Shown: positions 1-11,083 of the stretch, piece after piece
Numbering within the stretch: the first letter of the stretch is position 1
Layout: the number at the start of each line of letters is the position of its first letter
NCBI GenBank assembly: GCA_965263355.1
Contig: CBDHHL010000032.1
Location: forward strand, 160,001-224,000
From: Leptolyngbyaceae cyanobacterium
GTDB lineage: Bacteria; Cyanobacteriota; Cyanobacteriia; Phormidesmidales; Phormidesmidaceae
DNA length: 64,000 bases
Direction of reading: 5' to 3'
Made by a program: the position numbers and the translations under genes
Notes under the pieces: model-generated
Databases searched by the model: none
The model's input: the letters and a program-made list of their open reading frames with translations, nothing else
Told to the model about the DNA's origin: nothing

Positions 1-139
1 TCTCCAAAAACAAAAATGTGTTGCTGTACCATCCTTCAGGTAATCTGCGCCGTCAAGCTGAAGCCAAATGGGGTGAACTGGCGCTTATAAATCCTCCAGA
101 AGCAGGGTTGTGGGGTGTTGTTAATAACACTCGAGATCG

Positions 140-2188
140 CTACTCTCCAACAAATTGACTATCAACTTGTTCATCAACAGTCTCGTCAGTATCTAGAAAC
201 ACTGGCTGGGCGTTGGGTTCAGTCAATTCGATTATGTCTACCTCTGGCGGTTGATTAGCGGCCTGCCAAGCCTGAATACGTGCTTGAGCTGTGGTGTGCG
301 CTTCGGCACCAGAAGGAATTTGTTCAGCCAGACTAATGGCACGGTCCAAACTACTGTTAGATTCACTTTCCGCTAAACTCAATAGGTCCCAGCTCCAGCG
401 ATTAATCTGCTGTGATGCATTTTCGTATTGACTACTGCTGGATGGAATTTGGTTAGCTGTAGAAATAGCCCGTGCTAAATCATTCGCAGTGCCAGAACGA
501 GCAATACTATTAGCCTCTTGCATCAAGGTTTGATTTTGTTGCTGGTCACGCCAGACTACTAAGTCGTTTTGGGCTTCTTGATACAAGGAACGACCTGGAG
601 AAATCCGAGAGGCGGTTGCGATCGCACCTGCCAAATCCCCTGTTGCTGCCAGCTGTCGGGACTGATCGATCAACGGTCGATCTTCAATCGCTTCAATCCG
701 CCCTTGCCAGCCATCAATCCGCCTTGACGCTTCACCAGCCAGGGCGCGACCAGGGCCAATTCTACGGGCTTCTAAAATTGCTTTTCGCAATGCCTGGGGG
801 GTGCCAGCTGCCGCCAGCTGCTCAGCTTGATTCAAAATTGGCCGATCTTCTGTCGTTTGAACCCGCTCTTCCCACTGATCAATTTGTTCAGATACTTCTT
901 GCCAGCGGGGATTACTGGTACTGACCTGTCTCGCCTCACTAATCGCCAAACGCAAATCCTTCACATTGCCCTGGGACGCAATTTGGCGCGCCACATCTAA
1001 CTGAGCTAACGCCTTAATTTCAGCCCGCCACTGCGCAATCAACGTCTGGGCCCGATCATACAGGGGGCGATCACGCCCCATACTTTGCAATCGGGTAATG
1101 GCAGAATCTAACCCCAGGGCATCCCCACTCCAGGCACGACGATAGGCCTCAGTAAATACTTGAAAATCAGCAATCTCTTCATCCAAGCCTTCATTTCTAG
1201 GGATCGCCGCCAGAATTTCCTCCGCCTGGGGCAGTTGCTTACGGGCCAAAGAAGTCTCTGCCATGTCAAGCATGTCCTTAGCCAGCTCTTTTTTCATAGC
1301 AGTGGCTTCGTCAAACAGCACACTTTCAGACTTGATCGATGCCAGCAGCTTCAGTGCCTCCTTAAAGCCACTGATGGTGCGCTTACCCGCCAAGCGCTTG
1401 ATTTTGCCAAGCTTGCGACTGTCTTCTCGGGCCAGACCAATGAGCTTAGTCAGTTCGTTGTACTTGGTTTTGGACCAATAGTCATTACTGATATCCAGTA
1501 ACTGCACCGATAGTCCAAAGGCATCTTTAAAGTTGCCGTCAACTAGCATGGTTTTGGCGTCTTCAAAGATATCTGACCCTTCACCCCAAATCTTTTGCCA
1601 ACGGCGAATGCTAGTTTCTACCTCATCAGCTGCCGCCGTATTGGGGGGAATTTTTTGGGCGGTTGCGATCGCATCTTCCAATTCCCCCTGGTGGAACATA
1701 GTGTCTGCGCTTGCCAAAATTTCCCTAGACCAGTTTTCCACCTTGGCATTAATCTCAGCCCGCAGCGGATGATCGTCGGGCAGCTGTTCCACCAGGGCAA
1801 TGGCCTCTAACAAAAAGTCAACACCACCTTGGGACGCATAGGATTCAGCACACTGTAGCCGCATGGCAGCAGACGCCGTCGGCCAAAAAATGGCCCGACA
1901 GTTGGGCAAGTTGGGCATCCGAAACAAACTAGTTACCGCAAACGCCAGGGTGCCTGTCAAAATAGCCAGGGTGGTCAGCAATAAGAATTGCCAGCTTCCC
2001 ATCCACCGAAAAAGCGCCAGCCCCTTAAATCTAGTTTGTTGGGGTGCAGGCTCTGCAGCTGCTATATCCGCTGCCACCCCAGCATAGGAAGGTGACGGAT
2101 GTGAGGACACTGATTGCATCTCCTGGGATCGACTACGCGGAACAGAAACGGGCTTAGACGGTTGGCGACGATTAGTGTTGGGGCTCAT
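140..2188 (-). CDS. Conserved cyanobacterial membrane-anchored alpha-helical repeat protein (often labelled 'chromosome segregation ATPase'; no P-loop seen)
   Basis: 682-aa ORF; one TM segment, then LPNCRAIFWP..A..RLQCA and repeated helical A..IP....Y..AQ..I..W units. Confidence 0.7.
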   Translation of the reverse strand: MSPNTNRRQPSKPVSVPRSRSQEMQSVSSHPSPSYAGVAADIAAAEPAPQQTRFKGLALFRWMGSWQFLLLTTLAILTGTLAFAVTSLFRMPNLPNCRAIFWPTASAAMRLQCAESYASQGGVDFLLEAIALVEQLPDDHPLRAEINAKVENWSREILASADTMFHQGELEDAIATAQKIPPNTAAADEVETSIRRWQKIWGEGSDIFEDAKTMLVDGNFKDAFGLSVQLLDISNDYWSKTKYNELTKLIGLAREDSRKLGKIKRLAGKRTISGFKEALKLLASIKSESVLFDEATAMKKELAKDMLDMAETSLARKQLPQAEEILAAIPRNEGLDEEIADFQVFTEAYRRAWSGDALGLDSAITRLQSMGRDRPLYDRAQTLIAQWRAEIKALAQLDVARQIASQGNVKDLRLAISEARQVSTSNPRWQEVSEQIDQWEERVQTTEDRPILNQAEQLAAAGTPQALRKAILEARRIGPGRALAGEASRRIDGWQGRIEAIEDRPLIDQSRQLAATGDLAGAIATASRISPGRSLYQEAQNDLVVWRDQQQNQTLMQEANSIARSGTANDLARAISTANQIPSSSSQYENASQQINRWSWDLLSLAESESNSSLDRAISLAEQIPSGAEAHTTAQARIQAWQAANQPPEVDIIELTEPNAQPVFLDTDETVDEQVDSQFVGE

Positions 2189-2371
2189 AAAAGTATCAGC
2201 CAGAGAAAATTAGTGCTGAATATGGCGCTACTTTAGCGTACTGAATCGGAAGTTTATACCACTAATTAGGTAAAAGTCATCAGCTAAAGCGATTTAGTGT
2301 TTAAGGATATAGGCGCAAATTACCTGTATTGGCCTTTATTCATCCCAAAAGCATAGTATCAAGACGATGCC

Positions 2372-3616
2372 TCAGATATGTACAGCCCCTAAAACTAGTG
2401 CTTTGATATCACTACCCGCTCGAATCATTGTTTCCCCCAGCGGTACCATGGCTAAGCCATTAGTTCGACTGAGGTTGACTAAATTGCCAGAACTATGGCC
2501 GCCAGCCGCCAGAGTAAAGCGATAACCATCATCACCCAGGGATAACTGTCCCCACAAATAGGTCTCCCGCTTGCCCCCCGCCTTTAAATCACTCCCAGTT
2601 TTAGCCGACACAAATGTCGGTGACCAGCCACCAGCCACCCCTGACAGCTTGCGCAATGCTGGCTGTACAAACCGCCAAAAGCTTACCAGCGAAGATACTG
2701 GATTACCCGGTAACCCAAAATATAGCTGTTGCCCCCTATCCGGCTGACTGCCAACTCTGTCAAAGGTAGCCACCGTAAGGGGTTTACCCGGTTTAACCGC
2801 CACCGCCCGAATGTGGATGGTCGCCCCCAGTTCTGCCAGAATCTGATCCACATAGTCATAGTCGCCCACGGATACTCCACCCGACGAAACCACCATATCT
2901 GCCTGACTCAGGGCATTGGCAATGGCCTGGCGCGTCGCTGACCTTTGGTCTGGCACAATCCCTAAAGGGACAGGGATCGCCCCTGTCTGAGAAATCAATG
3001 CGGCTAATGCATAGCGATTAGAATCCACAATTTGTCCTGGTGCTAAGGGTTGGCTAATATCCACCAGCTCATCCCCCGTCGACAAAATTGCCACCCGAGG
3101 CCGTCGATACACGGGCACCGAGACGCATTGCGCCGCTGCCAGCACAGCGATTTCGGCGGCCCCAATTTGAATACCAGGGGCTAATAACTCTGCCCCCGCC
3201 TGATAAAAACTACCCTGCTTACGGACAAACGCCTGAGCAGAGGGTGCCTCCAATACTTTTACCTGGGTGCCCTCTCGCTCCACAGTCTCTTGAATCACGA
3301 TGGTATCTGCCCCGGTCGGCAACATACCTCCAGTAAAAATGCGAGCAGCCTCACCGGGCTGTAGGGCGTATTTTGGTACCTGCCCCGCCTGGATCTCCTC
3401 CACAACGGTCAACGTTGCAGGTACGGTGACCACGTCCTCATAGCGCACCGCATACCCATCCATAGCTGAGTTATCCCAGTGGGGAAAATCCAGCTGACTA
3501 CGGGTCGGTTGCCCCAGCACCCGTCCCAAGCTATTCTCCACAGATACTTTCTCCAGACCATCAACCGGTGTGACCAGGTCTAAAATCAGCGTTTCCGCAT
3601 CGTTTGCAGGCACCAT
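2372..3616 (-). CDS. moeA: Molybdopterin molybdenumtransferase MoeA
   Basis: DNSAMDGYAV, ILSTGDEL, SSGGVSVGDYD, VKPGKP and GLPGNPVSS motifs. Confidence 0.95.
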   Translation of the reverse strand: MVPANDAETLILDLVTPVDGLEKVSVENSLGRVLGQPTRSQLDFPHWDNSAMDGYAVRYEDVVTVPATLTVVEEIQAGQVPKYALQPGEAARIFTGGMLPTGADTIVIQETVEREGTQVKVLEAPSAQAFVRKQGSFYQAGAELLAPGIQIGAAEIAVLAAAQCVSVPVYRRPRVAILSTGDELVDISQPLAPGQIVDSNRYALAALISQTGAIPVPLGIVPDQRSATRQAIANALSQADMVVSSGGVSVGDYDYVDQILAELGATIHIRAVAVKPGKPLTVATFDRVGSQPDRGQQLYFGLPGNPVSSLVSFWRFVQPALRKLSGVAGGWSPTFVSAKTGSDLKAGGKRETYLWGQLSLGDDGYRFTLAAGGHSSGNLVNLSRTNGLAMVPLGETMIRAGSDIKALVLGAVHI

Positions 3617-3741
3617 AGGCTTGGTTAAATTTTTAGTTAGACTCCTTAGTTTAGATTTTTAAGGGCAACTCGGTATCGGCCATACTTAACCATACCAAAG
3701 GCTCCGTTTACCATATTGGGCAGTTCTTACCTCTGAAAGAT

Positions 3742-5118
3742 ATGACCCTCGCCTCCACCCTTCAAAAACGCCGTCAGCAGCTAGCCCAGCAACTCGATAC
3801 CCCAGTGCTACTTTGGTCAGGCCAGGCCACACCCCGTAATTTTCCGGCGAACACCCACCCATTTCGGCCCAGCAGTCACTTTCTCTACTTCACTGGGCTG
3901 CCTTTGGAAAATGCGGCCATTTATATAGCCGATGGCCACCTTACCTTATTTATGGATGAAGCGACACCGGCTGAGGCGCTCTGGCACGGGCCTAGCCCAA
4001 CGCGGCAAGAACTGGCGCATAAAATTGGTGCTGGTGAGGCGCTACCGCTGGCAGACTTAAAACACTTTGTTAAGCATCAAGTGGCCACGCTCAAGGTGCA
4101 GGATAGTGCTACAGCAGCTCAACAGGAGCAGCTTTTGCAGCGTTCCATTTCGATTGCCAAACAAGCTCAGGAACAGGATCTGGCGTTGCTCCAGGCGATT
4201 GTGCGGTTACGCCTATGTCACGACGAGTATGCCCTGGGTGAAATTCGTCGGGCGGCTGGGGTGTCGGTAACTGCCCATAAGGCTGGCATGGCTGCAACTG
4301 CCTGGGGGCAAAACCTGACTGAGGCCCATATTCGTGCCGCCATGGAACAGGTGATTATGGCCCATGGTATGACCTGCGCTTACAACAGTATTGTTACAGT
4401 CCATGGTGAAGTGTTGCATAACCATCATTATCACCACCCTCTAGGAGAAAACGATCTGATTTTGGCGGATGTGGGGGCGGAAACTGAAACTGGCTGGGCG
4501 TCAGATATTACGCGTACCTGGCCAGTCAGCGGTAAATTTTCATCTACGCAGCGAGACCTTTACGATGTGGTTTTGGCGGCCCATGATGCTTGCATTGAGG
4601 CGGCTAAACCAGGATTGGAATACAAGGAGCTACATCTGCTGGCCTGTCGTACCCTGGCAGCCGGTTTGGTAGACCTGGGTATCCTTATCGGTCAGCCTGA
4701 TGATTTGGTAGAACAGGATGCCCATGCGTTGTTTTTTCCCCACGGCGTTGGTCATCTGTTGGGGTTAGATGTGCACGATATGGAGGATCTGGGGGATCTG
4801 GCGGGGTATGCTCCCGGTCGCAGCCGCAGCGAGCGATTTGGTCTCGGTTTTCTGCGTTTGGATCGGCCTTTGCAGACGGGTATGGTCGTCACTATCGAGC
4901 CTGGATTCTATCAGGTGCCGGGGATTTTAAAGGATCGGGAAAACTGCGATCGCTACGCCAACCTAGTCAACTGGGAGCGTCTCACCCAGTTTGCCGACGT
5001 GCGCGGCATCCGCATCGAAGATGATGTTTTAATTACGGACCAAGGATGTGAGGTGATTACCGCTGATTTACCCACAAACGCCAACGAAATTGAACAATTA
5101 GTAACCGGAAATAAGTAG
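3742..5118 (+). CDS. pepP: Xaa-Pro aminopeptidase (M24B)
   Basis: DVGAE..GWASDITRTWP, HGVGHLLGLDVHD, TIEPGFY and GIRIEDDVL metal-ligand motifs. Confidence 0.92.
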   Translation: MTLASTLQKRRQQLAQQLDTPVLLWSGQATPRNFPANTHPFRPSSHFLYFTGLPLENAAIYIADGHLTLFMDEATPAEALWHGPSPTRQELAHKIGAGEALPLADLKHFVKHQVATLKVQDSATAAQQEQLLQRSISIAKQAQEQDLALLQAIVRLRLCHDEYALGEIRRAAGVSVTAHKAGMAATAWGQNLTEAHIRAAMEQVIMAHGMTCAYNSIVTVHGEVLHNHHYHHPLGENDLILADVGAETETGWASDITRTWPVSGKFSSTQRDLYDVVLAAHDACIEAAKPGLEYKELHLLACRTLAAGLVDLGILIGQPDDLVEQDAHALFFPHGVGHLLGLDVHDMEDLGDLAGYAPGRSRSERFGLGFLRLDRPLQTGMVVTIEPGFYQVPGILKDRENCDRYANLVNWERLTQFADVRGIRIEDDVLITDQGCEVITADLPTNANEIEQLVTGNK

Positions 5119-5351
5119 GTGAACTAATCTTTACTCACTACTTGCCGTCCTACCCAACACTCAGAGCTTGACGCAATTCTAGGAAAATTTGCTACTGGTC
5201 CACGGGGTATGTGTGAAAACATTCTTGTTGAAGCACCAATCTGCAAATTGTTCAATCCAAACTGTCTACTAGTCAGCAATTTATCGCTAGATACACCCAG
5301 ATCCTCTCCATACAATAGGAAGTATCACCCCTATGCTTGGAGAAAAAACCT

Positions 5352-5693
5352 ATGACTTTCGCTCTCCTTAACAGTGATAAAAAACTGAAAACAAACCCAA
5401 AGAAGAATCGCAATGACTACAGCTCATTAGCCCTGATCGCAGGTATATCAGTCACTTTGCTTAGTGTTTGGCTGCTAACCCAGTTGCCCGGTGTATCCTT
5501 CTGGATAAACAATATTATGGGGCAAGCCGTCTTCACCTGGCTTTGGAGGGTAGGATGCCTCCTCACTGGTCTCACTGTCGCCATTGCCCTGATCAGGGCA
5601 TTCTTTGCACATACGCGTAAAGAGTTTGGCTTGGGGCCAGCTCCGATCTTTGCCTTTTTTCTACTTGGCCTTATTCTCTCACTAATCAGCTAA
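5352..5693 (+). CDS. Small hypothetical membrane protein (3 TM)
   Basis: Open frame from TTG 5337 or ATG 5352; three hydrophobic segments. Confidence 0.55.
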   Translation: MTFALLNSDKKLKTNPKKNRNDYSSLALIAGISVTLLSVWLLTQLPGVSFWINNIMGQAVFTWLWRVGCLLTGLTVAIALIRAFFAHTRKEFGLGPAPIFAFFLLGLILSLIS

Positions 5694-5716
5694 TAACGTA
5701 CCAGTTATCAACCAGT

Positions 5717-5838
5717 CTAGTCGTCTGTCAAGACTAAATTTTCGGGTAAAAACAATGGACTGAAACCAGGGCTACAGTTGACGCACTACTTACCACTCAC
5801 TGTCCTAACCCGAATTTTTAGCTTTGATATTGCCTTAG
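5717..5838. mobile_element. MITE-like element with imperfect terminal inverted repeats
   Basis: Left ctgtcaagactaaattttcgggtaaaaacaatg vs reverse complement of right atatcaaagctaaaaattcgggttaggacagtg; bounded by ctag/ttag. Confidence 0.5.
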
Positions 5839-5857
5839 TTCGTTAGTCCTCAGTCCT

Positions 5858-7198
5858 CTATCGCATTGTTACAAACTCTTCTGCAGAGCTGGGGTGAATC
5901 CCTACCGTAGCATCAAAATCGGCCTTAGTTGCTCCCATTTTCACCGCAACGGCTACCCCTTGAATAATCTCAGCCGCTGAATCCCCCACCATATGAGCCC
6001 CCAGAACCTTGTCAGTTTGCACATGGACAATTAGCTTCATTAAGGTTTTCTCTTCTAGTTTTGGCAGAGTGTAGTACATCGGTCTAAATCGGGACCGATA
6101 CACCCGGATTGCGGCTTCTCCATATTTTTCAACGGCGTCTACTTCAGTCATGCCAACGGTAGCTACCTCCGGTGTGGTAAATACCGCCGAGGGCACATTG
6201 TCATGGCTCATGACCCGACGCTTGCCACCATAGTAGGTATCTGCAAATGCACGCCCTTCATCAATGGCAACTGGGGTGAGGTTAATGCGGTTGGTGCAGT
6301 CACCGACTGCAAATATGTTGTACTCGCCTGTCTGGCTATGGGCATCGACAACAATTGCCCCATTCTTCACTTCAACCCGAGTATTTTCTAATCCTAGATT
6401 CTCTAAACGAGGGCTCCGACCAAGGGCAGACAAACCCACTACATCAGTCAGCATCAGGTTGTTATTTTTTAAGTTAACCTGCAACCCTTTATCTGTTTTT
6501 TCGAGACTGACTAGCTCATCGGTCAAAATGCGAATACCATGGCGCTGCATGGCATCATGCACCTCAGTACGAATATCTTCATCAAAGCCCCGCAAAATCT
6601 TGTCGCGACGAATGATCTGAGTGACTTCTGTACCCAGGGCATTGAGCACACAGGCAAACTCACAGCCGATATAGCCACCACCAAAGATAACCATCCGCTT
6701 TGGCTGCTGGGTTAAATGAAAAATCTCATCGGAGGTAATGGCGAGTTCAATACCTGGAATATCAGGCCTACTGGGCCTGCCACCCACAGCAATTAAAATT
6801 TTCTCCGCCGTAACTGTTTGCCCTACCACCTCAATGGTATGGGCATCGACAAGCCGCGCATGGCCCTTGTAGAGGGTAACCTCAGCATTATCGATCATCC
6901 GCTGGTAAATTCCATTTAGCCGAGTCACTTCATCATTGACCGCCTTAATCATTTGAGACCAGTCAAATTTGCCGGGGTCAAAGGTCCAACCATACCCCGC
7001 AGCCTCCTGTACATGGCTGGCAAAGTGAGAGGCGTAAACCATAAGTTTTTTAGGCACACAGCCTCGATTGACACAGGTCCCGCCTAAGCGATCAAATTCG
7101 GCGACTGCGACCTTGGCCCCATACTGGGCAGCCCGTCTTGCAGTCGCGATGCCACCCGAGCCAGCACCAATTGCAAACAGGTCAAAATCATAGGTCAT
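5858..7198 (-). CDS. gor: Glutathione-disulfide reductase
   Basis: GAGSGG, GGTCVNRGCVPKK redox disulfide, GGGYIG and HPSSAEEFVTMR. Confidence 0.96.
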   Translation of the reverse strand: MTYDFDLFAIGAGSGGIATARRAAQYGAKVAVAEFDRLGGTCVNRGCVPKKLMVYASHFASHVQEAAGYGWTFDPGKFDWSQMIKAVNDEVTRLNGIYQRMIDNAEVTLYKGHARLVDAHTIEVVGQTVTAEKILIAVGGRPSRPDIPGIELAITSDEIFHLTQQPKRMVIFGGGYIGCEFACVLNALGTEVTQIIRRDKILRGFDEDIRTEVHDAMQRHGIRILTDELVSLEKTDKGLQVNLKNNNLMLTDVVGLSALGRSPRLENLGLENTRVEVKNGAIVVDAHSQTGEYNIFAVGDCTNRINLTPVAIDEGRAFADTYYGGKRRVMSHDNVPSAVFTTPEVATVGMTEVDAVEKYGEAAIRVYRSRFRPMYYTLPKLEEKTLMKLIVHVQTDKVLGAHMVGDSAAEIIQGVAVAVKMGATKADFDATVGIHPSSAEEFVTMR

Positions 7199-7291
7199 GC
7201 TAACTCTCTATCTCCTCCAACAGCCATGCCATGCAATAGCTAATCCATCCTATCGTTTGTAACTCATATCGTTTGTAACTAATGGGCTTGA

Positions 7292-8689
7292 TTAACGGAT
7301 TATGACTTTTTTAAGCTTTTCGAGTTTCGATTGACTGTAAGGGGCATAGCGCCAATTCACATCAAACCAAAACGTTTTTTTGAGCACACTCTTGTAGTGG
7401 GAAAAGATGTCAAATGAGGCTTTGCCATGGTAACGGCCCATGCCGCTTTGTCCCACACCGCCAAAGGGGAGTTCAGGAATACAGATGTGTAGAATCGTAT
7501 CGTTCAAACAGATACCACCGGACGAGGTTTCTGTCAGGACTTGCTGCTGTTTAGCTGAATCACGAGAGAACAAGTACAGGGCTAAGGGTTTGGGGCGAGC
7601 GTTGATTTGGGCAATGGCCTGATCAAATTGCTGGTAGGTCAATACGGGCAAAATCGGACCAAAGATTTCATCCTGCATAATGGGTGAGTCCCAGGTCACG
7701 TTGTCGAGTACCGTGGGGGCAATATAACGGATTTGGGCATCGGTTTCACCACCTATGAGAACCGTGCCGCTATTGAGCAGCCCGAGTAGGCGATTAAACT
7801 GTCGCTGATTGATAATGCGGCCTAAATCTGGGCTTTGGGACGGATCATCGCCGAAAAACTCGCGAATAGACTGGGTCAGCTTGATGAGAAAGGCTTCTTT
7901 AATGGCGTGATCAATCAGTAAATAATCTGGTGCGAGGCAGGTTTGTCCGGCGTTGAGAAATTTGCCCCAGACAACCCGTCGGGCGGCATGGTCCAGGTTA
8001 ATGTCGGTATCAATGATGCAGGGGCTTTTGCCGCCCAGTTCTAGGGTTACTGGTGTGAGATGTTTGGCGGCGGCGGCCATAACGATGCGGCCAACGGTAC
8101 TGCCACCGGTAAAGAAGATATGGTCAAATTTCTCTGCTAGCAGTTGTTGACTAATATCAACTTCTCCTTCAAATAAGGCTATATAGCTTGGATCAAAGGT
8201 GTTGGCAATCAGGTCAGCGACGACTTGGGCGGTATGGGGAGCATGTTCAGAGGGTTTTAGAATGGCGCAGTTTCCTGCTGCGATCGCACCCACCAACGGT
8301 GATATGACTAATTGAAACGGATAATTCCAGGGCCCCATAATCAAGACTATCCCCTTGGGTTCGGGTTGTACCCATGCTGATGAGGGAAAATTTTCTAGGG
8401 TGGACCTGACTCGCTTAGGTTTTATCCACCGTTTGAGGTGTTTAAGCGCCCGGTTGATTTCTGAGAGGGTGATTACTTCATATTCAAAATAGGTTTCAGA
8501 ATCGGGTCGCCCGAGATCAGCGTTGATTGCTTTAAAGATAGCTGTCTGTCGATCAAGGACTGCCTGTTTTAATTTGGCTAATTGGGTCTGACGAAATTCA
8601 AACGGTTTGGTCTGCCCCGATGCAAAAAATGCTCGCTGCTGCCTAAGGACATCGGGAATCGACAAAGATTTCGTCAGTTGAGGGGGCAT
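7292..8689 (-). CDS. Aldehyde dehydrogenase (class 3-like)
   Basis: PWNYP, FTGG, LELGGKSP, NAGQTCLAPDY and EIFGP; ATG 8689 preferred over GTG 8716. Confidence 0.93.
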   Translation of the reverse strand: MPPQLTKSLSIPDVLRQQRAFFASGQTKPFEFRQTQLAKLKQAVLDRQTAIFKAINADLGRPDSETYFEYEVITLSEINRALKHLKRWIKPKRVRSTLENFPSSAWVQPEPKGIVLIMGPWNYPFQLVISPLVGAIAAGNCAILKPSEHAPHTAQVVADLIANTFDPSYIALFEGEVDISQQLLAEKFDHIFFTGGSTVGRIVMAAAAKHLTPVTLELGGKSPCIIDTDINLDHAARRVVWGKFLNAGQTCLAPDYLLIDHAIKEAFLIKLTQSIREFFGDDPSQSPDLGRIINQRQFNRLLGLLNSGTVLIGGETDAQIRYIAPTVLDNVTWDSPIMQDEIFGPILPVLTYQQFDQAIAQINARPKPLALYLFSRDSAKQQQVLTETSSGGICLNDTILHICIPELPFGGVGQSGMGRYHGKASFDIFSHYKSVLKKTFWFDVNWRYAPYSQSKLEKLKKVIIR

Positions 8690-8774
8690 AGATCGATATT
8701 GGGCAAGCGTACACAATTTATAATGTCGTGAACTTACGCATCTGACTAGCCCTGCGGGCTGGTGGGTGGGGTTA

Positions 8775-8841
8775 TGTTGGGTTTTGGGGCTCTACCCAAA
8801 CTACGGGTTTTCCCATTGGTGGTGGGCGGTGCCCACCCTAC
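8775..8841. repeat. Two GTAG-family REP-like hairpins
   Basis: tgttgggttttggggctctacccaaactac (8775-8804) and ggtgggcggtgcccaccctac (8821-8841). Confidence 0.7.
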
Positions 8842-8859
8842 ATGTTCGTCTCAATAATT

Positions 8860-10215
8860 ATGTTTCAAACGACTCGGCGGCGTCTGGCGTTGTGGTACAC
8901 CGCAATTACTGCTATTTTGCTGCTAATTTTTGCTAGTGGCGTGTATTTTTATGTGCGCAATACCCTGGTGGAGCGGGTGGATGACACCTTAAATCATGTG
9001 GTGGAGGTGGTCCAGCGGTCGTTGGTAATTGAAGCGGCGGAGCCATCGACGGGACGGGTTTTGACGGCTACGGGGGTGAAAGGTCAGGCTCCGCTGCAGG
9101 TCAATGTGGAGGCTAGTTTTCGGGATAATGCTCAAACTTTAGAGGATGATCATATTGATATCGAGTGGTTTGATCCCAACGGTCAGCTGCAGTGGAGCAC
9201 CCTATCGATCCCCAGTAACTTGCCTCTCCAAGTCAATGCTGCTGGGGAAACTGTTCATCTTAAGCATGGTTCAAATGGTGGTCAGAGTGATGAGAACGAT
9301 CAGGTGCTACGCCAAATTAGCCGTCGTGTTCAGATTAACCATCAGGTGTTGGGCTATTTACGGGTGAGTCATCCCTGGTTTGAAGTAAGCAAACCTAGTC
9401 ATCAGTTGGTCATTGACCTTAGCATTTGGTCTAGTCTGATCATTGTGGCCACTGGCACCATTGGCTGGTTATTGTCAGGATTGGCCATGGCACCGGTACG
9501 CCAGTCCTATCAACAACTCAAGCAATTTACAGCCGATGCATCCCATGAACTGCGTAATCCCATTGCTGTTATTCAAACCAATGTGCAGGTGGCTTTAGCC
9601 GATCCTGAGCCAGATACTGACTTTCAACATAGCCAATTGCAGGTGCTAGAGAGGCTTACGCGTCGTCTAGGTCGTCTAGTGGATAACCTGTTATTTCTAG
9701 CGCGGCAGGATGGTGGTCTGATTCCGATGCAGTCGGAAGATTTGGACCTTAATAAACTGCTATCAGAAGTGATTGAAGAACAAGGACTGGTGGCCCAGGG
9801 GCAAGGGTTAAGCCTGATTTATAATCCTCTGCTGCCTGAACTCCCTTTTAAGTTGAGAGGCGATCGCGACCAGCTGACTCGTTTGTTTACTAACCTGATT
9901 AGTAATGCCATCCAATACACGCCTGCAGGTACAGTCACCGTAACTGTGGAAAACAGTTCTTTACAAGGCCAGGATGCCTATAAGGTAGCGGTCTGTGATA
10001 CTGGTATCGGCATTTCTAAAACATTACAGTCCCAGGTATTTGACCGGTTTTATCGGGTTGATAAAGCTCGCAGTCGTCATGATAGGGGGGGGGCTGGATT
10101 GGGGTTAGCGATCGCAAAAGCTATCATCATCAACCACCAAGGGCGAATTCAGTTAGAAAGTCAGCTTGAAAAGGGAACAACGGTGATTGTGACGTTGCCG
10201 ATGAACAATACCTAG
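8860..10215 (+). CDS. Membrane sensor histidine kinase (HisKA-HATPase)
   Basis: Two TM segments; H-box FTADASHELRNP, N-box NLISNAIQYT, DTGIG, FYRVD and GAGLGLAI. Confidence 0.92.
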   Translation: MFQTTRRRLALWYTAITAILLLIFASGVYFYVRNTLVERVDDTLNHVVEVVQRSLVIEAAEPSTGRVLTATGVKGQAPLQVNVEASFRDNAQTLEDDHIDIEWFDPNGQLQWSTLSIPSNLPLQVNAAGETVHLKHGSNGGQSDENDQVLRQISRRVQINHQVLGYLRVSHPWFEVSKPSHQLVIDLSIWSSLIIVATGTIGWLLSGLAMAPVRQSYQQLKQFTADASHELRNPIAVIQTNVQVALADPEPDTDFQHSQLQVLERLTRRLGRLVDNLLFLARQDGGLIPMQSEDLDLNKLLSEVIEEQGLVAQGQGLSLIYNPLLPELPFKLRGDRDQLTRLFTNLISNAIQYTPAGTVTVTVENSSLQGQDAYKVAVCDTGIGISKTLQSQVFDRFYRVDKARSRHDRGGAGLGLAIAKAIIINHQGRIQLESQLEKGTTVIVTLPMNNT

Positions 10216-11012
10216 CGAGCTAAACTAGCCAGTTCACCAGGGGTACTCGGGGTAAAGGTTTGCTCTACCACAGTTCCTGGTTTACCCATGGGCTTAGCCT
10301 TTCCCTGGTTATAGGCCACAACCACACCCCCTGCATTGCCCGCCCGAATCGTTAGGGTTTCCTTGGCTGTCCATGAACGCTCAGTACCCTCTTGCAAAAT
10401 GCCTTCATAGGTCTGATCTCCATCGGCAACCACCCGCACCCAAGATTGCTGCACAAACTCAACATTCACTACGATCGGCTCCTTAGGAACCGGTTTAGCT
10501 TCAGGCTGCTCGGGTACTTGGGTGACAGGGGCTGATGCCGCCGACTGTCGTGGGGCTAACTGTTCCGCAGTGGCGGAATCCACAATTGGTTCAGCCGCAT
10601 CTTGGGGAATCGCCCGCTGCATCAAATAGGATAAGCCACTAACTGAAACTGCAATTAAGGCAACATAGGCTCCATATAAATGGTACGGACGTAGCTGTAC
10701 AGCAGCATCCTGCGACCAATTTCGCCCCGCCCCCTTAGACGTAGGAATCGCCACATAATGTCTAGATAGGGTGTCGCCATCTAGACCTAAAACGTCACCA
10801 TAGCGACGAATTAAACCACGTACGTAAACTGGCTCAGGCAATTCATTGGTGCGAGCCTCTTCTAAAGCCAACAGCAATCTAGGTCGGACTAAAACCTTAC
10901 TGGCCACTTCGTCCAATGTCTGGCCATTAGCTACACGAGCATCACGCAACGTTGACCCGAGGGCCAATAGCTGCTCCTGCTGCTGATTACTCGTATGGCC
11001 TTGACGTTTCAT
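10212..11012 (-). CDS. rodZ: RodZ-like protein (HTH_25 + TM + DUF4115)
   Basis: LPEPVYVRGLIRRYG HTH; C-terminal SWVRVVADG...IRAGNAGG. Confidence 0.8.
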   Translation of the reverse strand: MKRQGHTSNQQQEQLLALGSTLRDARVANGQTLDEVASKVLVRPRLLLALEEARTNELPEPVYVRGLIRRYGDVLGLDGDTLSRHYVAIPTSKGAGRNWSQDAAVQLRPYHLYGAYVALIAVSVSGLSYLMQRAIPQDAAEPIVDSATAEQLAPRQSAASAPVTQVPEQPEAKPVPKEPIVVNVEFVQQSWVRVVADGDQTYEGILQEGTERSWTAKETLTIRAGNAGGVVVAYNQGKAKPMGKPGTVVEQTFTPSTPGELASLAR

Positions 11013-11083
11013 AGGATCAAAATCTTTCTTAACAATTTAAGCACACTAATGCGATTCAAGCATACGTGCTACGAAACAGTACA

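Noticed and set aside
7251..7280. Short tandem repeat tatcgtttgtaact; similar micro-repeats near 49650-49681 and 54216-54246
   Set aside because: Simple slippage duplications with no evidence of function
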